52,033 bases of DNA from contig NIVC01003074.1 of NCBI GenBank assembly GCA_002269645.1, positions 1 to 52,033 on the forward strand, written 5' to 3'. Shown in pieces: positions 1 to 22,004 of the stretch; within the stretch, counting starts at the first letter, position 1, and each line of letters opens with the position of its first letter. The DNA is from Macrostomum lignano. Lineage: Eukaryota. Both the position numbers and the translations under genes were made by a program. The notes under the pieces were generated by a model. The model was not told where the DNA came from, did no database searches, and worked only from the letters and a program-made list of their open reading frames with translations.

Positions 1-828
1 CTTCAGACACTCAGATACTTCAGATACTTCAGAACTTCAGATACTTCAGATACTTCAGACACTTCAGATACTTCAGACACTTCAGATACTTCAGACACTT
101 CAGATACTTCAGATACTTCAGACACTTCAGATACTTCAGACACTTCAGACACTTCAGACACTTCAGATAGTTCAGACACTTCAGATACTTCAGACACTTC
201 AGATACTTCAGATACTTCAGACACTTCAGATACTTCAGATACTTCAGACACTTCAGACACTTCAGATACTTCAGACACTTCAGACACTTCAGACACTTCA
301 GATACTTCAGACACTTCAGATACTTCAGATACTTCAGACACTTTTAGATACTTCAGACACTTCAGACACTTCAGATACTTCAAATACTTCAGATACTTCA
401 GATACTTCAGATACTTCAGATACTTCAGATACTTCAGACACTTCAGACACTTCAGATACTTCAGATACTTCAGATACTTCAGATACTTCAGATTCAGATA
501 CTTCAGACACTTCAGATACTTCAGACACTTCAGATACTTCAGATACTTCAGACACTTCAGATACTTCAGATACTTCAGACACTTCAGATACTTCAGACAC
601 TTCAGATACTTCAGATACTTCAGATACTTCAGAGAACACTTCAGATACTTCAGACACTTCAGATACTTCAGACACTTCAGATACTTCAGATACTTCAGAC
701 ACTTCAGATACTTCAGACACTTCAGAGACACTTCAGACACTTCAGACACTTCAGAACTACTTCAAATACTTCAGATACTTAAATAATTCAGATAATTTCA
801 GACACTTCAGATACTTCAGACACTTCAA
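1..828. repeat. 9-bp tandem repeat (ACTTCAGAT/ACTTCAGAC)n
   Basis: About 90 contiguous copies of ACTTCAGAY with occasional indels; truncated by the window start. The ORFs 3..749 and 334..720 are translations of this repeat. Confidence 0.97.
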
Positions 829-913
829 CAAAGAACTGATGCTTTTCAGATTATACATGAAATTCTTGATTACTAAGCATTTATTTCAATATTTTTCTTA
901 TATCTTTACACAG

Positions 914-994
914 GAAGACACAACTAGCATCGTCTCAAATGAGGCAGATTCAGCATCTGTAGCTGAAATGCTAACGGATAAAGACAGTGTTTAA
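914..994 (+). CDS. Possible terminal coding exon of a gene starting upstream of the window (EDTTSIVSNEADSASVAEMLTDKDSV*)
   Basis: Pyrimidine-rich acceptor ttcttatatctttacacag (AG 912-913), then 26 open codons and TAA at 992-994 inside AT-rich flanks. No homology recognised. Confidence 0.35.
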   Translation, partial: EDTTSIVSNEADSASVAEMLTDKDSV

Positions 995-1212
995 AAATCA
1001 ATTGAAAAAAATTACTATAAAGCTCGATTTTTCGTCTAACAAACTCACCAATAATACTTGTAACTGTAATAATGACAAAGAACTTAAATTGCTTATAACA
1101 AAAAAATTAGTTCACAAAAAATTTCGTGTGAATTAGTCGATTGTTCATTTAAATTAACAGATATTATAATCAGAATTAGCTCTTATTAAAATTCTTTAAC
1201 ACTGTTTGCAAC

Positions 1213-2343
1213 CAGGCACCGCGGAACAGGGAGGGGTGTCGCAGAGGGGGCAGCCGCTCACGAATTTTAAGGTCACTGCTTGACATTCCGTATGGCGCCA
1301 AGACCTTCCATATCGATATGACGCCAAGACCTCCCCTCCCCTATGGCGCCAAGACCTCCCCTCCCCTATGGCGCCAAGACCTCCCCTCCCCTATGGCGCC
1401 AAGACCTCCCCTCCCCTATGGCGCCAAGACCTCCCCTCCCTATGGCGCCAAGACCTCCCTCCCTATGGCGCCAAGACCTCCCCTCCCTATGGCGCCAAGA
1501 CCTCCCTCCCTATGGCGCCAAGACCTCCCCTCCCCTATGGCGCCAAGACCTCCCCTCCCTATGGCGCCAAGACCTCCCCTCCCCTATGGCGCCAAGACCT
1601 CCCCTCCCCTATGGCGCCAAGACCTCCCCTCCCTATGGCGCCAAGACCTCCCCTCCCCTATGGCGCCAAGACCTCCCCTCCCTATGGCGCCAAGACCTCC
1701 CCTCCCCTATGGCGCCAAGACCTCCCCTCCCCTATGGCGCCAAGACCTCCCCTCCCTATGGCGCCAAGACCTCCCCTCCCTATGGCGCCAAGACCTTCCC
1801 TCCCTATGGCGCCAAGACCTCCCCTCCCCTATGGCGCCAAGACCTCCCCTCCCCTATGGCGCCAAGACCTCCCCTCCCCTATGGCGCCAAGACCTCCCCT
1901 CCCTATGGCGCCAAGACCTCCCCTCCCTATGGCGCCAAGACCTCCCCTCCCCTATGGCGCCAAGACCTCCCCTCCCTATGGCGCCAAGACCTCCCTATGG
2001 CGCCAAGACCTCCCCTCCACTATGGCGCCAAGGCCTCCATTATGGCGCCAAGACCTCCCCTCCCTATGGCGCCAAGACCTCCCCTCCCTATGGCGCCAAG
2101 ACCTCCCCTCCACTACCGCGCCAAGACTTGCCCTCCCCTATGGCGCCAAGACCTCCCCTCCCTATGGCGCCAAGACCTCCCTATGGCGCCAAGACCTCCC
2201 CTCCACTATGGCGCCAAGGCCTCCATTATGGCGCCAAGACCTCTGTTGTGTCGCTACTGAATCTTCCTTGTGGCGCGAACTATGTATTCTTGTGGCGCTA
2301 AAATCTCCCCTGTGGTGCTAAAAAAACATTCCGCGCTGGCCTG
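1213..2343. mobile_element. TIR-bounded non-autonomous DNA element (MITE-like) carrying an expanded minisatellite
   Basis: Left end CAGGCACCGCGGAA (1213-1226). Right end TTCCGCGCTGGCCTG (2329-2343), whose reverse complement is CAGGCCAGCGCGGAA. G-rich 5' subterminal region. No matching TSD seen (tttgcaac vs acaataac). Confidence 0.5.
1289..2245. repeat. 24-25-bp GC-rich minisatellite (TATGGCGCCAAGACCTCCCCTCCC[C])n
   Basis: About 39 tandem copies, each with a GGCGCC core. The ORFs 1318..2301, 1343..2260 and 1368..2321 are repeat translations in all three frames. Confidence 0.97.
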
Positions 2344-2404
2344 ACAATAACCGACCATATGTATTCTCTAATCAATTAACAATAACCGGCACAATCAGGA
2401 GAAC

Positions 2405-2743
2405 ATGTCAGACTCTGGCAGCGAAGACAATCAAGAAGATGATTACGTTGAAGACGAACTGAATTTGGACAATGGCTCCAGCTGCTCGGACGAGATGGAA
2501 GACGATATTGACGGGATGACCGCTTCGGGCTTGCTAATGCAGCGCTCGGCTCAGATTGCCAGCTCTGAGGATGAGCTGGACGATGAGTCTGTGGTGGTTC
2601 AGATGGTCACCGGAGCCGAGGCGGTGCGCTATGGTCAGCAGCAGGTGCAGCAGCCGGTTGTGCTGAAGCCGCAGCTGGAGTGGGACGATTCGAGCCTGCC
2701 GGATATCAAACCCATGATTCGATCTACGGCTGGCACTATTTGA
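2405..2743 (+). CDS. Small acidic hypothetical protein (112 aa)
   Basis: ATG-initiated, GC-rich ORF in AT-rich flanks, with the codon style of the neighbouring real genes. Asp/Glu-rich N-terminus and a non-repetitive C-terminal motif LKPQLEWDDSSLP. Family not recognised. Confidence 0.55.
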   Translation: MSDSGSEDNQEDDYVEDELNLDNGSSCSDEMEDDIDGMTASGLLMQRSAQIASSEDELDDESVVVQMVTGAEAVRYGQQQVQQPVVLKPQLEWDDSSLPDIKPMIRSTAGTI

Positions 2744-4834
2744 GCTGGGAAATCAAAGATCAAGGGCACAATGATGAGGCAGTATTGTGCGGCACAAATA
2801 TGCAAAATTTAAAGTGCAACAATTGTTTAATTAAACTAATGAGGAAACTACAATTTTATTTGTTTTCATCACAATAAATAATATTGATATATAAGCTTCA
2901 ATACGAGTGTAATAAACTATAATCTCTTAATTGTTTTCACTGCAATTTTTTTTGATTATACAAAACCAACGCTTGTTATTAAATTAATTTTTGTTTCAAT
3001 CAGCTTTACAATTTTTAATGAGAAAAAAATACCATCGACATTTAATACCTGTTTTTGTTTATTCGAAATCACCTAATGCTTTACGTTACACTTTGCATGC
3101 AGGCTTGTCTTCACTTGTAATCATGTGGTATATAAATTGAATTTTTGACATATATTTATGATAATTTATGACAAATTTGCAACATTAGCCGCATACAACG
3201 AAGCAACAAATGTGATTTTTTTTAAATTACTGTTTTTGTATGTAGAAAAAAGTTGTATTAAAGCAGCTAGATATTCATTTGTGCATCTGGTAGTTCAGAA
3301 AACATCAGACAGCTTTGTTTATTTTTAGTTTTTTTCACCGCGTGTTTTTGCAAAGACTCAGTTAATATTTTATGGTAAACCTTTTCATATGCTTTTTCCT
3401 GAACGTTATTCTCTTCTGGCAATATTTAAGCACTGTATAATCATTTGCTTTGAATTGGTAAAGTTTTGTATATTCTTTTTTCACTACGGCATACGAATAT
3501 TGTACGTGTATGTATATCACATATATATATATGCGTTTATTGTTAACTATCTTACAACCAAATCGCTTTAACTACATGAAAATAAAAATATGTTAAACAG
3601 CTGATTTAGTTTATTTTGACAGCGTTATGCTTGTTTTGTTATAATTGTATTATTTATTTAATGATACAGTGCTCGAATCTCGAATATTTTAGTTTTATAA
3701 TATTTATTAATATTAGATGTCAATTTAATAATCAAACATTAAATAGTCGATTCGGGCGTAGTATCTAAAACAAATTAAAATTACAAGCTTGCTTTATTTT
3801 TGTTAATATTTATATATTTATTTGTTTTTTTTCCTGAATCACTTTTGATCGTAACAACAGCGTCACAAACATTAAATAAAATTCCACAATAATTTTTTAT
3901 CTGTTTTCTCTTTTCCTCATTTGTGTTATCATTTATATTCATTTTCATTTTCATTGTAAATCAGTTTTTGAGCAGCTTTTGTCTAGATGGTTATTGATCC
4001 TTATGCAAGTCGCCATTGACGTATAATAATATTTCTGCAATTTTTAGGCTTCTACATATTTAATTGTGTCTAACAACGAACAACAGCTTCATTCTACTGG
4101 TAATATTTACTGTTTTATAATTACGTAATCCACTACATTTAATGCTTTTATTGTTGTACATTTTTTCGTATATTTAAATTATCAAAAATATGTATGTATT
4201 TCATGCATCTTAGTGTTATATTAGTATAGTTTACAGTGCTTTTGGTGTCACACGTTACAGCATAACCAAAGCTTAGGCTCGTATCATTATGTCGTGTCTC
4301 GCTTCTGCAGCCCGAAAAAAAAACAAAATCTTTATAAGATTTTTTCCAGTTAACAATTTGGGAAAAGTTCATGTGTGAAAAAAGTTCGAAAATGTGAAGT
4401 TTTTTCTCTCGTTTTTTGTTCCTTTTCTACTTATTCGCTTAGCCTAGTAGTGCATCTGTCGCCCAAGTATATTTGGCTAAGTTTATTTCACCAGCCGAAT
4501 GTAGCATTCAACATTGGCTTGAATGTTTCGTCGACGGTCTGTGATCATTGAAAGCAGAAACTATAATAAACGTGTCTGCTCGTTCGTTGCTTGGGTGTTT
4601 TTTTATCAACAAAATGTGATTGTTCGGCTTGTTTATTTGTCTAATTTTTAGATTGTTTTTAGGCTTAGCGTAGTATTTAGTGACTAAATTTAGTTTGTTT
4701 TGACAATTCTAAGGTAATTTAACAAATTTTATAGCGTTGTCTGTAGATTATTATAGTGCGTCGCTCATTGTTATGACTGCTGTCTGTTCATATCAACTGT
4801 CAATTGCCCAGCAACTTCTCTGAGGTACAAACAA

Positions 4835-5134
4835 GTTGCTGGGTTGTGCAGCCTAGTTGGTCAGAGCGCGGACTCACGACTTGAAGGTCGGAGGTTCGAT
4901 TCCCGATCCCACTCGCAACAATTTGTGTCTTTGAGTAAGACACTTAACTCTGCATTGCTTCAGTTCACCCAGTTGTAAAAATGGGTGCCAGCATTAGCTG
5001 GGGTAATTGAGGGTGTGTGTGGCGACCCCGCAGTCCTTGGACTGAACAGCCGTACGCAATAGCTGCGGCTGAGCTGTCGGTTGCACATCTGGCCTAATTG
5101 GGCAGGTGTAATCAATTATTATAATTATTATTAT
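4835..5134 (+). mobile_element. tRNA-derived SINE with CORE-like central domain, copy 1
   Basis: A-box-like TAGTTGGTCAGAGCG (4854-4868), B-box GGTTCGATTCCC (4893-4904), core TTGAGTAAGACACTTAAC...CAGTTGTAAAAATGGG, and an (ATT)n tail at about 5115-5134. A second copy is at 17791. Confidence 0.8.
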
Positions 5135-5332
5135 CTGAGGTGCAAAAATGATGGTAGGACAGGGCATCTCACCGGCCAATGTGTTGTGACTACTTTCACC
5201 AAAGTGCCCAAGGACCAGCTTTCAATCGGTCTATCGGTAACAGTAGGATAATGTTTAGTACCCATTTTATACTGGCAGATCCTATTTGATTCTCTTCATA
5301 ACTCTCATTTTTGTCTTTTTTGTATCGTTTGC

Positions 5333-5755
5333 ATGTCGTCCGAGCAGGAAGACTCTGCGGAATCTGAGCCGCAGTCGCAGGCGGCTGAGCAGCAGACTCA
5401 ACAGCAGGATGAAGCCTCTAGCAAAGACTCTGCAGTTGAGTCTAAATCAGATGAAGGCTCGGCAACTCCAGCTGCCAAAGCTTCAACAGACAAAATCGTG
5501 ATTTTACTTCGACCAACTGGTAATGCGCCGATTCTAACCAAGAAAAAATGGGTCGTCGCCCGTTCCCAACGAGTCGGCTGGGTCAGCGAGTTCGTCAAGA
5601 AGGCGCTGAAATGCCAGCCGGACGAGTCGCTGTTTCTCTACGTCAATCAGGCATTCGTGCCGGCGCCAGATCGCGATTTTGGCGGCCTCTACGACTGTTT
5701 TGGCGCCGATGGGAAACTCACTCTGCACTATTGCAAGACGCAGGCCTGGGGCTGA
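5333..5755 (+). CDS. ATG12: Ubiquitin-like protein ATG12 (140 aa, intronless)
   Basis: Disordered N-terminus followed by KIVILLRPTGNAPILTKKKW...LFLYVNQAFVPAPD...LYDCFGADGKLTLHYCKTQAWG, ending in the conjugating Gly. AATAAA at 5771. Confidence 0.96.
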   Translation: MSSEQEDSAESEPQSQAAEQQTQQQDEASSKDSAVESKSDEGSATPAAKASTDKIVILLRPTGNAPILTKKKWVVARSQRVGWVSEFVKKALKCQPDESLFLYVNQAFVPAPDRDFGGLYDCFGADGKLTLHYCKTQAWG

Positions 5756-6335
5756 CAGCCGATATGTGCCAATAAATTGACGCCTAAATTATTCAAGAGC
5801 TATTATTGAAAATCTGTTTAAATAGCTACGCTAAAATTTAAATTAGTTATCATGATTTTATTTTAATCGACAATAAAAACACTATTGATAAATTTGTTAT
5901 TACTCTTAGTTAGTATCTGTTTTATCTTCCCAATCAAGTCGAAGTGTGTTAATATGACTAGTAATAATTATTATTAACGTATCTGCAACCGCAAATGTAA
6001 TGTTTTGTTTCAAAATAATATATATAACAATGATTTCAATGAAATGCATTTATGTGCACTGCTAAGATTGACTGTTTCATACAATCGTTGTTTTATGTTG
6101 TTTACTAAATACTTAATAGTGGAATTTATATTACTTAAAATGATACTGTAGATAGCTTTGTGTGTGGAATTAATAGTATTATAATTCTCCTAAACGCTAC
6201 ATTTTGATGATTACTTAAGTATAGATCTGTATCTTTGTTTTAGCCTAAACTTGAAGCATGTATGCTAAAATATAAGTTATTAACGCTTCATATATTTTTC
6301 ATGTAATCCTGCCGAGTTGCTATTTTCGAAGAGCG

Positions 6336-6977
6336 ATGAAGTTCAAAATTTTCGGCGACCTCGACTGTCCGGACTGGCTGCTAGCTGAAGTGTTTGCCAT
6401 GTCAAAATTGTCAGTTGTCAAGTTGCGTCTGGTCTGCTCAGCTTTGGTAAAGTCTTTAGCCGCTTCTGCCGCTAGCAACGATAGTAGTAGCCTTGACAAC
6501 AACGCCGTCCTCCTAGCAACGGTTGCTAAGCACACGTCGGACGCGAAATTTAACGAACGCGACAATCAGGCATTGATCTCGGCGTTGACTCAGCTGTTTA
6601 CTTCGGCTAATAAGTACTCAGCGAGTCCAGAGACTCTGGGAGAGGAGCTGCAACAGCTGGGCTTGCCGAAGGAGCATGCGGGACAGATTGTTAGAGTGTA
6701 CTCAGACTCCGGTGCTGCTCTGACTGAGTACGCCAATGCTAGAGAGCTCAGACTGTCTCGTTTGGCCTCGTGCTCCTGGAGCTTGCGTTTAATGATGCCG
6801 CCAAAGTCTGGGCAGAAAACCGCTGCTCAAGTTCGATTTAAGCTCGGTGTTGAAGGTGACGGCACAGAGCAGACTAAAGAGATTGAGTTTGAAGCTAGCG
6901 AGCAGAGATTGCGATTATTGAAACACGAAATTGGACGATTGCTAGCTATGATGGAGCAGACTATGAGAACTGGATGA
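6336..6977 (+). CDS. COMMD4: COMM domain-containing protein 4 (213 aa, intronless)
   Basis: N-terminus MKFKIFGDLDCPDWLLAE and internal ELQQLGLPKEHA match the COMMD4 signatures (MRFRFCGDLDCPDWVLAE / ELQQLGLPKEHA). C-terminal COMM domain with the conserved W. Confidence 0.94.
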   Translation: MKFKIFGDLDCPDWLLAEVFAMSKLSVVKLRLVCSALVKSLAASAASNDSSSLDNNAVLLATVAKHTSDAKFNERDNQALISALTQLFTSANKYSASPETLGEELQQLGLPKEHAGQIVRVYSDSGAALTEYANARELRLSRLASCSWSLRLMMPPKSGQKTAAQVRFKLGVEGDGTEQTKEIEFEASEQRLRLLKHEIGRLLAMMEQTMRTG

Positions 6978-7514
6978 TGCTGGGAAAGGTGTTTGTTGTT
7001 CTTGTTGAGAGAAGGTGCTTCAATGGTTGTCTTGTATATATGATACCAATATGTTTGCAATCTTACTTGACTAAATATTCCCAATTTGATAGTTATTTTA
7101 TCATTTATGTTCCAACCTTAAACAGAATTGTTAGTTATAGAATTTGTCTTTCCAATACAAATTAGCATTATCTAAATTGTACTCCAATGTGTGTAGTGTG
7201 TACGGTTTGTTATTGACAAACAATTACTATAATGTTATTCTTGCTCAATGAGTAATTAATTCACTCATTGATTGATTTATGCAATTCTATTATAATATTT
7301 GCGTAATAAAATAAATTTATTGATTCTTCTACTAATATATACCAAGATATTTTTATGCTTACTATTGTAAAGCATGGGTTACCGTTTTAGAAGTAGCATA
7401 GATAATGGGGCAAAGCAACGTCGTGACTCTCGCATCTCAACCCTTTGTTCGATCCATGCATCCGTCACACTCATTTAAGTCTTGTGGCGCACGGAAATTG
7501 TCCATTGGGGGTTT

Positions 7515-7772
7515 TTATCTGCAATTCACACCCATGAGGGCCAACTCTCCCCCCCCCCCCGAAGACAGAGTGTGCATGCCCTGTTATCTGCAATTCACAC
7601 CCATAAGGGCCAACCCCCCCCCAAGACAGAGAGTGTACATGCCCTGTTATCTGCAATTCACACCCATAAGGGCCAACCCCCCCCCCCAAGACAGAGAGTG
7701 TACATGCCCTGTTATCTCCAATTCACACCCATAAGGGCCAACCCCCCCCCAAGACAGAGAGTGTACATGCCC
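7515..7772. repeat. ~63-69-bp minisatellite, 4 copies, with variable poly-C
   Basis: Unit TTATCTGCAATTCACACCCATAAGGGCCAA(C)nAAGACAGAGAGTGTACATGCCCTG starts at 7515, 7584, 7647 and 7712. Confidence 0.92.
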
Positions 7773-7811
7773 TCGTAACATGCCTAACGATTAGAAAGGC
7801 AGGTTCGCTGA

Positions 7812-8118
7812 CAGGGGCGCCGCTATGGATTTTATAGTGGGGGGGGGGACAAAGCCAAGAGTTCTGCATGTACATGACTAAATTCCTACATGTACATTAT
7901 TGTGAGAATCGGTGTTGTCAGCGCTCATTTTGGCGCCACAGGCACTCATTTTAGCGCCGCAGGCACTCATTTTAGCGCCGCAGGCACTCTGTTTTATCGC
8001 CCTGACGCAAAATTATTGATTTCCATAACAGGTCAACAAAGGTAGGGTAGGACAAATAACTAGCATGTCCCCCCATAAATTTTACTGGGGGGACATGCCC
8101 CCCCCCGGTGGCACCCTG
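7812..8118. mobile_element. MITE-like element with imperfect CAGGG TIRs
   Basis: Starts CAGGGGCGCCGC plus a G-run (GGGGGGACA). Ends TGTCCCCCC...GGTGGCACCCTG. Internal 21-bp repeat CTCATTTTAGCGCCGCAGGCA x3 (~7924-7985). No TSD seen. Confidence 0.55.
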
Positions 8119-8291
8119 TGTGAGCGGTGCATGAGTGTGTGCCTGCGTACAGTATTGGCTCGTTTGTATGTGCTATAAAATGCATTACTGAAACTTTATC
8201 ATACTTTATAAAATTCCAGTCATTGTTTGCCATCGGTAAACAGTCAACAAAGTCAGCAGTCAAATAAATCAACAGAGCCGATACTGCAATT

Positions 8292-10141
<1,850 letters not shown>

Positions 10142-13100
10142 ACGAATTTACAGAAAAATTGATAAATTCACAAAGAACAAGGCTCGAAAAGTGGTGACTA
10201 TTTAAGTCAATCGAGTTTTTTTACTTTTATTTATCTCTCGATCTGTTCCGTTTTCAGTTGCTAAAAACCTTTTGCCTTCTATTTGTTAATTGTGTTTTAA
10301 GAGCATCAACTATTGATGCAAAGTAGAGACTACTACATATATGTGCGTACGAGTAGTATACAATGTGACTGTACAGATGAACTACTGGGTATACGTATGC
10401 CCTACTCTATTCGTTTTCATATTTGGTGATAGCTTTGAACCAACTCATTTCTACGTGGGGTCTATAAGGTATTCCCGGTCAGATATAAAAGGTCTTTGGT
10501 TGCATTCTAAGTTTAATCTACTACTGAATCTTACGTATTCTTACATTTAGCATATGAATTTAAACAGATTATTTCGAGAACCCATTTGTTTTAGTTCGTA
10601 TATTTATCATATCTATTTAATACTGTTTAATCTTTTAAAAGCCACAGTCTAAATTAAATTATAATGATTGATACAACCATCGCATTGGTACCGCAATGCG
10701 TTTGACACTTTTTAATGGTGTAACTTTGACCAGTAAATTAACCTGTACTGTTAACTTAACTGATTTTGTCTATTTAAAGTATTTCTACTTTCCATTGTAT
10801 ACCACACCCGACAGTATCTGAATCTCGCTCTAGCTCTGCAGTCTACGCTACTACATTTAATGTGAGTATAGTACATTTTTATGTAAAAGATACACTGCTC
10901 AAAAAAGCGCCACCGGAAATTGTATCATCATTCAGCGATAGTGCGTAAAAACGCGGTGGTATGAACTGGGTTTCATAAGCTAATGCATGGATATTAAATT
11001 CAATTGTAAAATAATCATGCGGAAATATTTAGGAAACTACAAATCAAATACCGGTATTACAGTATGTCTAGCAGTGCGATGCAGAGTGAAAATACTTTCT
11101 TCTGAAAATGTGTTTTTAAAGATCGACTTAAACAAGTAGTCTACTTATTTGTCTACTATTCTATGGAAGCATTTAGCTGTGCAATACTGTCACGAGTACA
11201 TTTATATAGCTGTAATGTAATGCATAGGCCTAATCTCTGTTTGTAAATAAACAGTCCCACGGAACAAAAAATTGTCTTAGTAAAGTAAAGCCATTCCGAG
11301 TTAAGGTAACATTTATAAAAGAAAAACAAAAACCTTTACCAGCAAATTAAACAGCATGATAAGTAATTCTACGTTTTAATACTTTGACTGGAAAAATATT
11401 TCTTTGAAAAATTAAAATAAATTTAGTCATATATAGCTTTTAATACAATGACTAACTACACTGGGAAAGAACAATTTTAACTGTCTATATTATTAAGTTT
11501 TTTATATCATCATTGCGATGAACTGATGATGATAGGCTGATAATTCCATTGGGTTGGAATCGGATGTTCAATTAATTATATGTGCCTGAAAAATGATTAT
11601 AACGTTGATATAATGTATTTTAAAGCTATATAATATTTTTCAAGCATTTAAACCTATTTCTTTTTTGCTCTTGTATATTAGACTTAGCGGATTTTGTTAT
11701 CAGTTTCACTTGCACACTGTGCTACAATGCTATGCACAGTACCACCAGTAGTATTTATGGTGGCCAGTGCTGTTCTAGTGTTCTTGTAATTATAAAATTA
11801 GGAATCTTCAGCATATAAGATGGTGCAAAGTGCACTGAAACAAATCTCAAGCAAATTTTAATATCAAATATCCTATATTATTTATTAATATATTAGCCTT
11901 AGGGCTCCACTTGCTTGTGACTTGACTTTGACTTGGCTTAGCCCTTGTAAAGTAATACTACATGTGCATTTCCTGTCCTGTCATATAATCCAATATATTA
12001 ATTAATATTATATTATTATAATTATAAATTTTATTGTTTACTAATTTTCCATGCAATTATTGAATTAAGCAACAGCCCACTATGTTGGCCTATCATAGAT
12101 ATAGCTAATTCAATTATTTTGGGCCTATACTATACCTTTACATTTTAGACTAGGTTTACACACTATGCTATATTTTCTAACTTAGCCTTAGATCAAGGCC
12201 TTGGCCTTAGATAAGAAGATGTCCTATATAGCAAAATTTTATGGCATGCATTAGCCCTTTTTAGTTCATTGGCATATATATTCAGGCCTAGCTTACTTGA
12301 ATCCTCAAAAGTTGTGTTTGATAGGCCTATACAGAAAATAGTATAAAAGGCATCTTGAAAAAGAGTGCAAGTATATTCTAGTTTTTTTGTAACAAAAGAT
12401 AGAAAATTTTGTAGAAAGCTGTTAAGAGGTAACAAGAGTGCAAATGAAAAAGAAATAGTAATTAAATATCATAATGCTTTTTAAAAAATTTTGGTATTAG
12501 AATTTTGTATAATTGCAAGTTTTTATAAAAGAGTAATAGGCCTACTAATAATAGATATAACACTTTTTATAATATACACATAAACACTGAACTTAATAAT
12601 GAAAAAAGGTCTTTTATTGTTGCAAGAGAAAAATTAGTTTATATAATATTGAAATTTTAGCATATATAACAGAATCACATTTCAAATTTTTTTTATACAT
12701 GGCTTATTCTTATACCTAAAAATTTGCCCAAAAAAACTTTAGTATATACTGGACACTTTCTTAACAATGGGACCCTAGCCATATTGCCCATATTATAAGA
12801 TAAAGATAGTGATCAATTATTTATATTAGGCATATATATTAGATTTAGACTTTTTCATCATAGACCATATTTAAGATCATGTTGAATATATGCCAAAATA
12901 TATACTAAGAAGTTTTTTATTTATATGCCTATTGTCTATATGCTTATAAATTACATGCTATATGCACTATCTCTTAGAAAAGTATACACTTTTTTGTATA
13001 ATATTTTTAAATGCACAAGAAAAAAAACAAAGCTATAACCATTCAAGCATTATATTATAAAGATATTACAAATACTACAAAAAATAAAATATTACAAATA

Positions 13101-13724
13101 CATTTTAGTTCAAAAGTTTTTAAGAATAAAAATGAGATAAAATAAATTATTAATAATAAATATTTTTAAGAAGTACAATATATAATTAATAATATAGAAT
13201 TGCAACACCCAAGGCCATACTTCAAAAAGTCATACCAGGTTATTATTGTGCTATATATTCTATGCTATCAAGCTATTCTATATTATAGCATACCACCTTT
13301 GCCATGCAATACCCAAATGCATACTAACATTTTTGGCCAAACCAAGTGCATATGCACCAAAATTTTCTGGCATGATAGATGCCTTCTAGAGTATAGATAA
13401 TTAGCTTTACTATTTATTCAACTAATAATAATGTATACTTTATAAAATTAAAAAGTTAGCATAAATATGTTTGTTGCTATTTTTGTATGGATTATCAATA
13501 GATCCCAATATGAATAAAATTAACAACTAAATTCAAAATTATCTTAATTAAATGATATAAAATTTATTTTAGATTTTTGTATTTTAAATGGTATAAAATA
13601 AAAATATTTGGCTATATAAAAATAATAGTAGCTATTTTTATTATTTATATAATACTACATTGAAATCATATTTTGCTTAATTTTTTGCCAATCCAATATT
13701 TGGCAAGGTATGCTCAATTAGGAA

Positions 13725-22004
<8,280 letters not shown>

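Noticed and set aside
1-828. The 9-bp repeat could encode (Thr-Ser-Asp)n on + or (Ser-Glu-Val)n on -, with the C/T variation synonymous in both
   Set aside because: Frame-breaking indels, no start or splice context in the window, and a dimorphic site is likely to be synonymous in some frame by chance.
1289-2245. Regular repeat arrays (here and at 7515, 20101, 20683, 27371) as CRISPR-like
   Set aside because: Head-to-tail units with no unique spacers, eukaryotic context and no cas genes.
1318-2321. Three 300-aa Pro-rich ORFs
   Set aside because: All three frames are open only because the minisatellite unit lacks stops; there is no unique sequence.
4854-4910. tRNA gene
   Set aside because: A and B boxes are present, but there is no complete cloverleaf and the sequence continues into a SINE body shared with 17791.
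11690-11860. Minus-strand coding-like patch FYNYKNTRTALATINTTGGTVHSIVAQCASE, possibly a transposase relic
   Set aside because: Short, flanked by stops, and no catalytic motif could be assigned with confidence.
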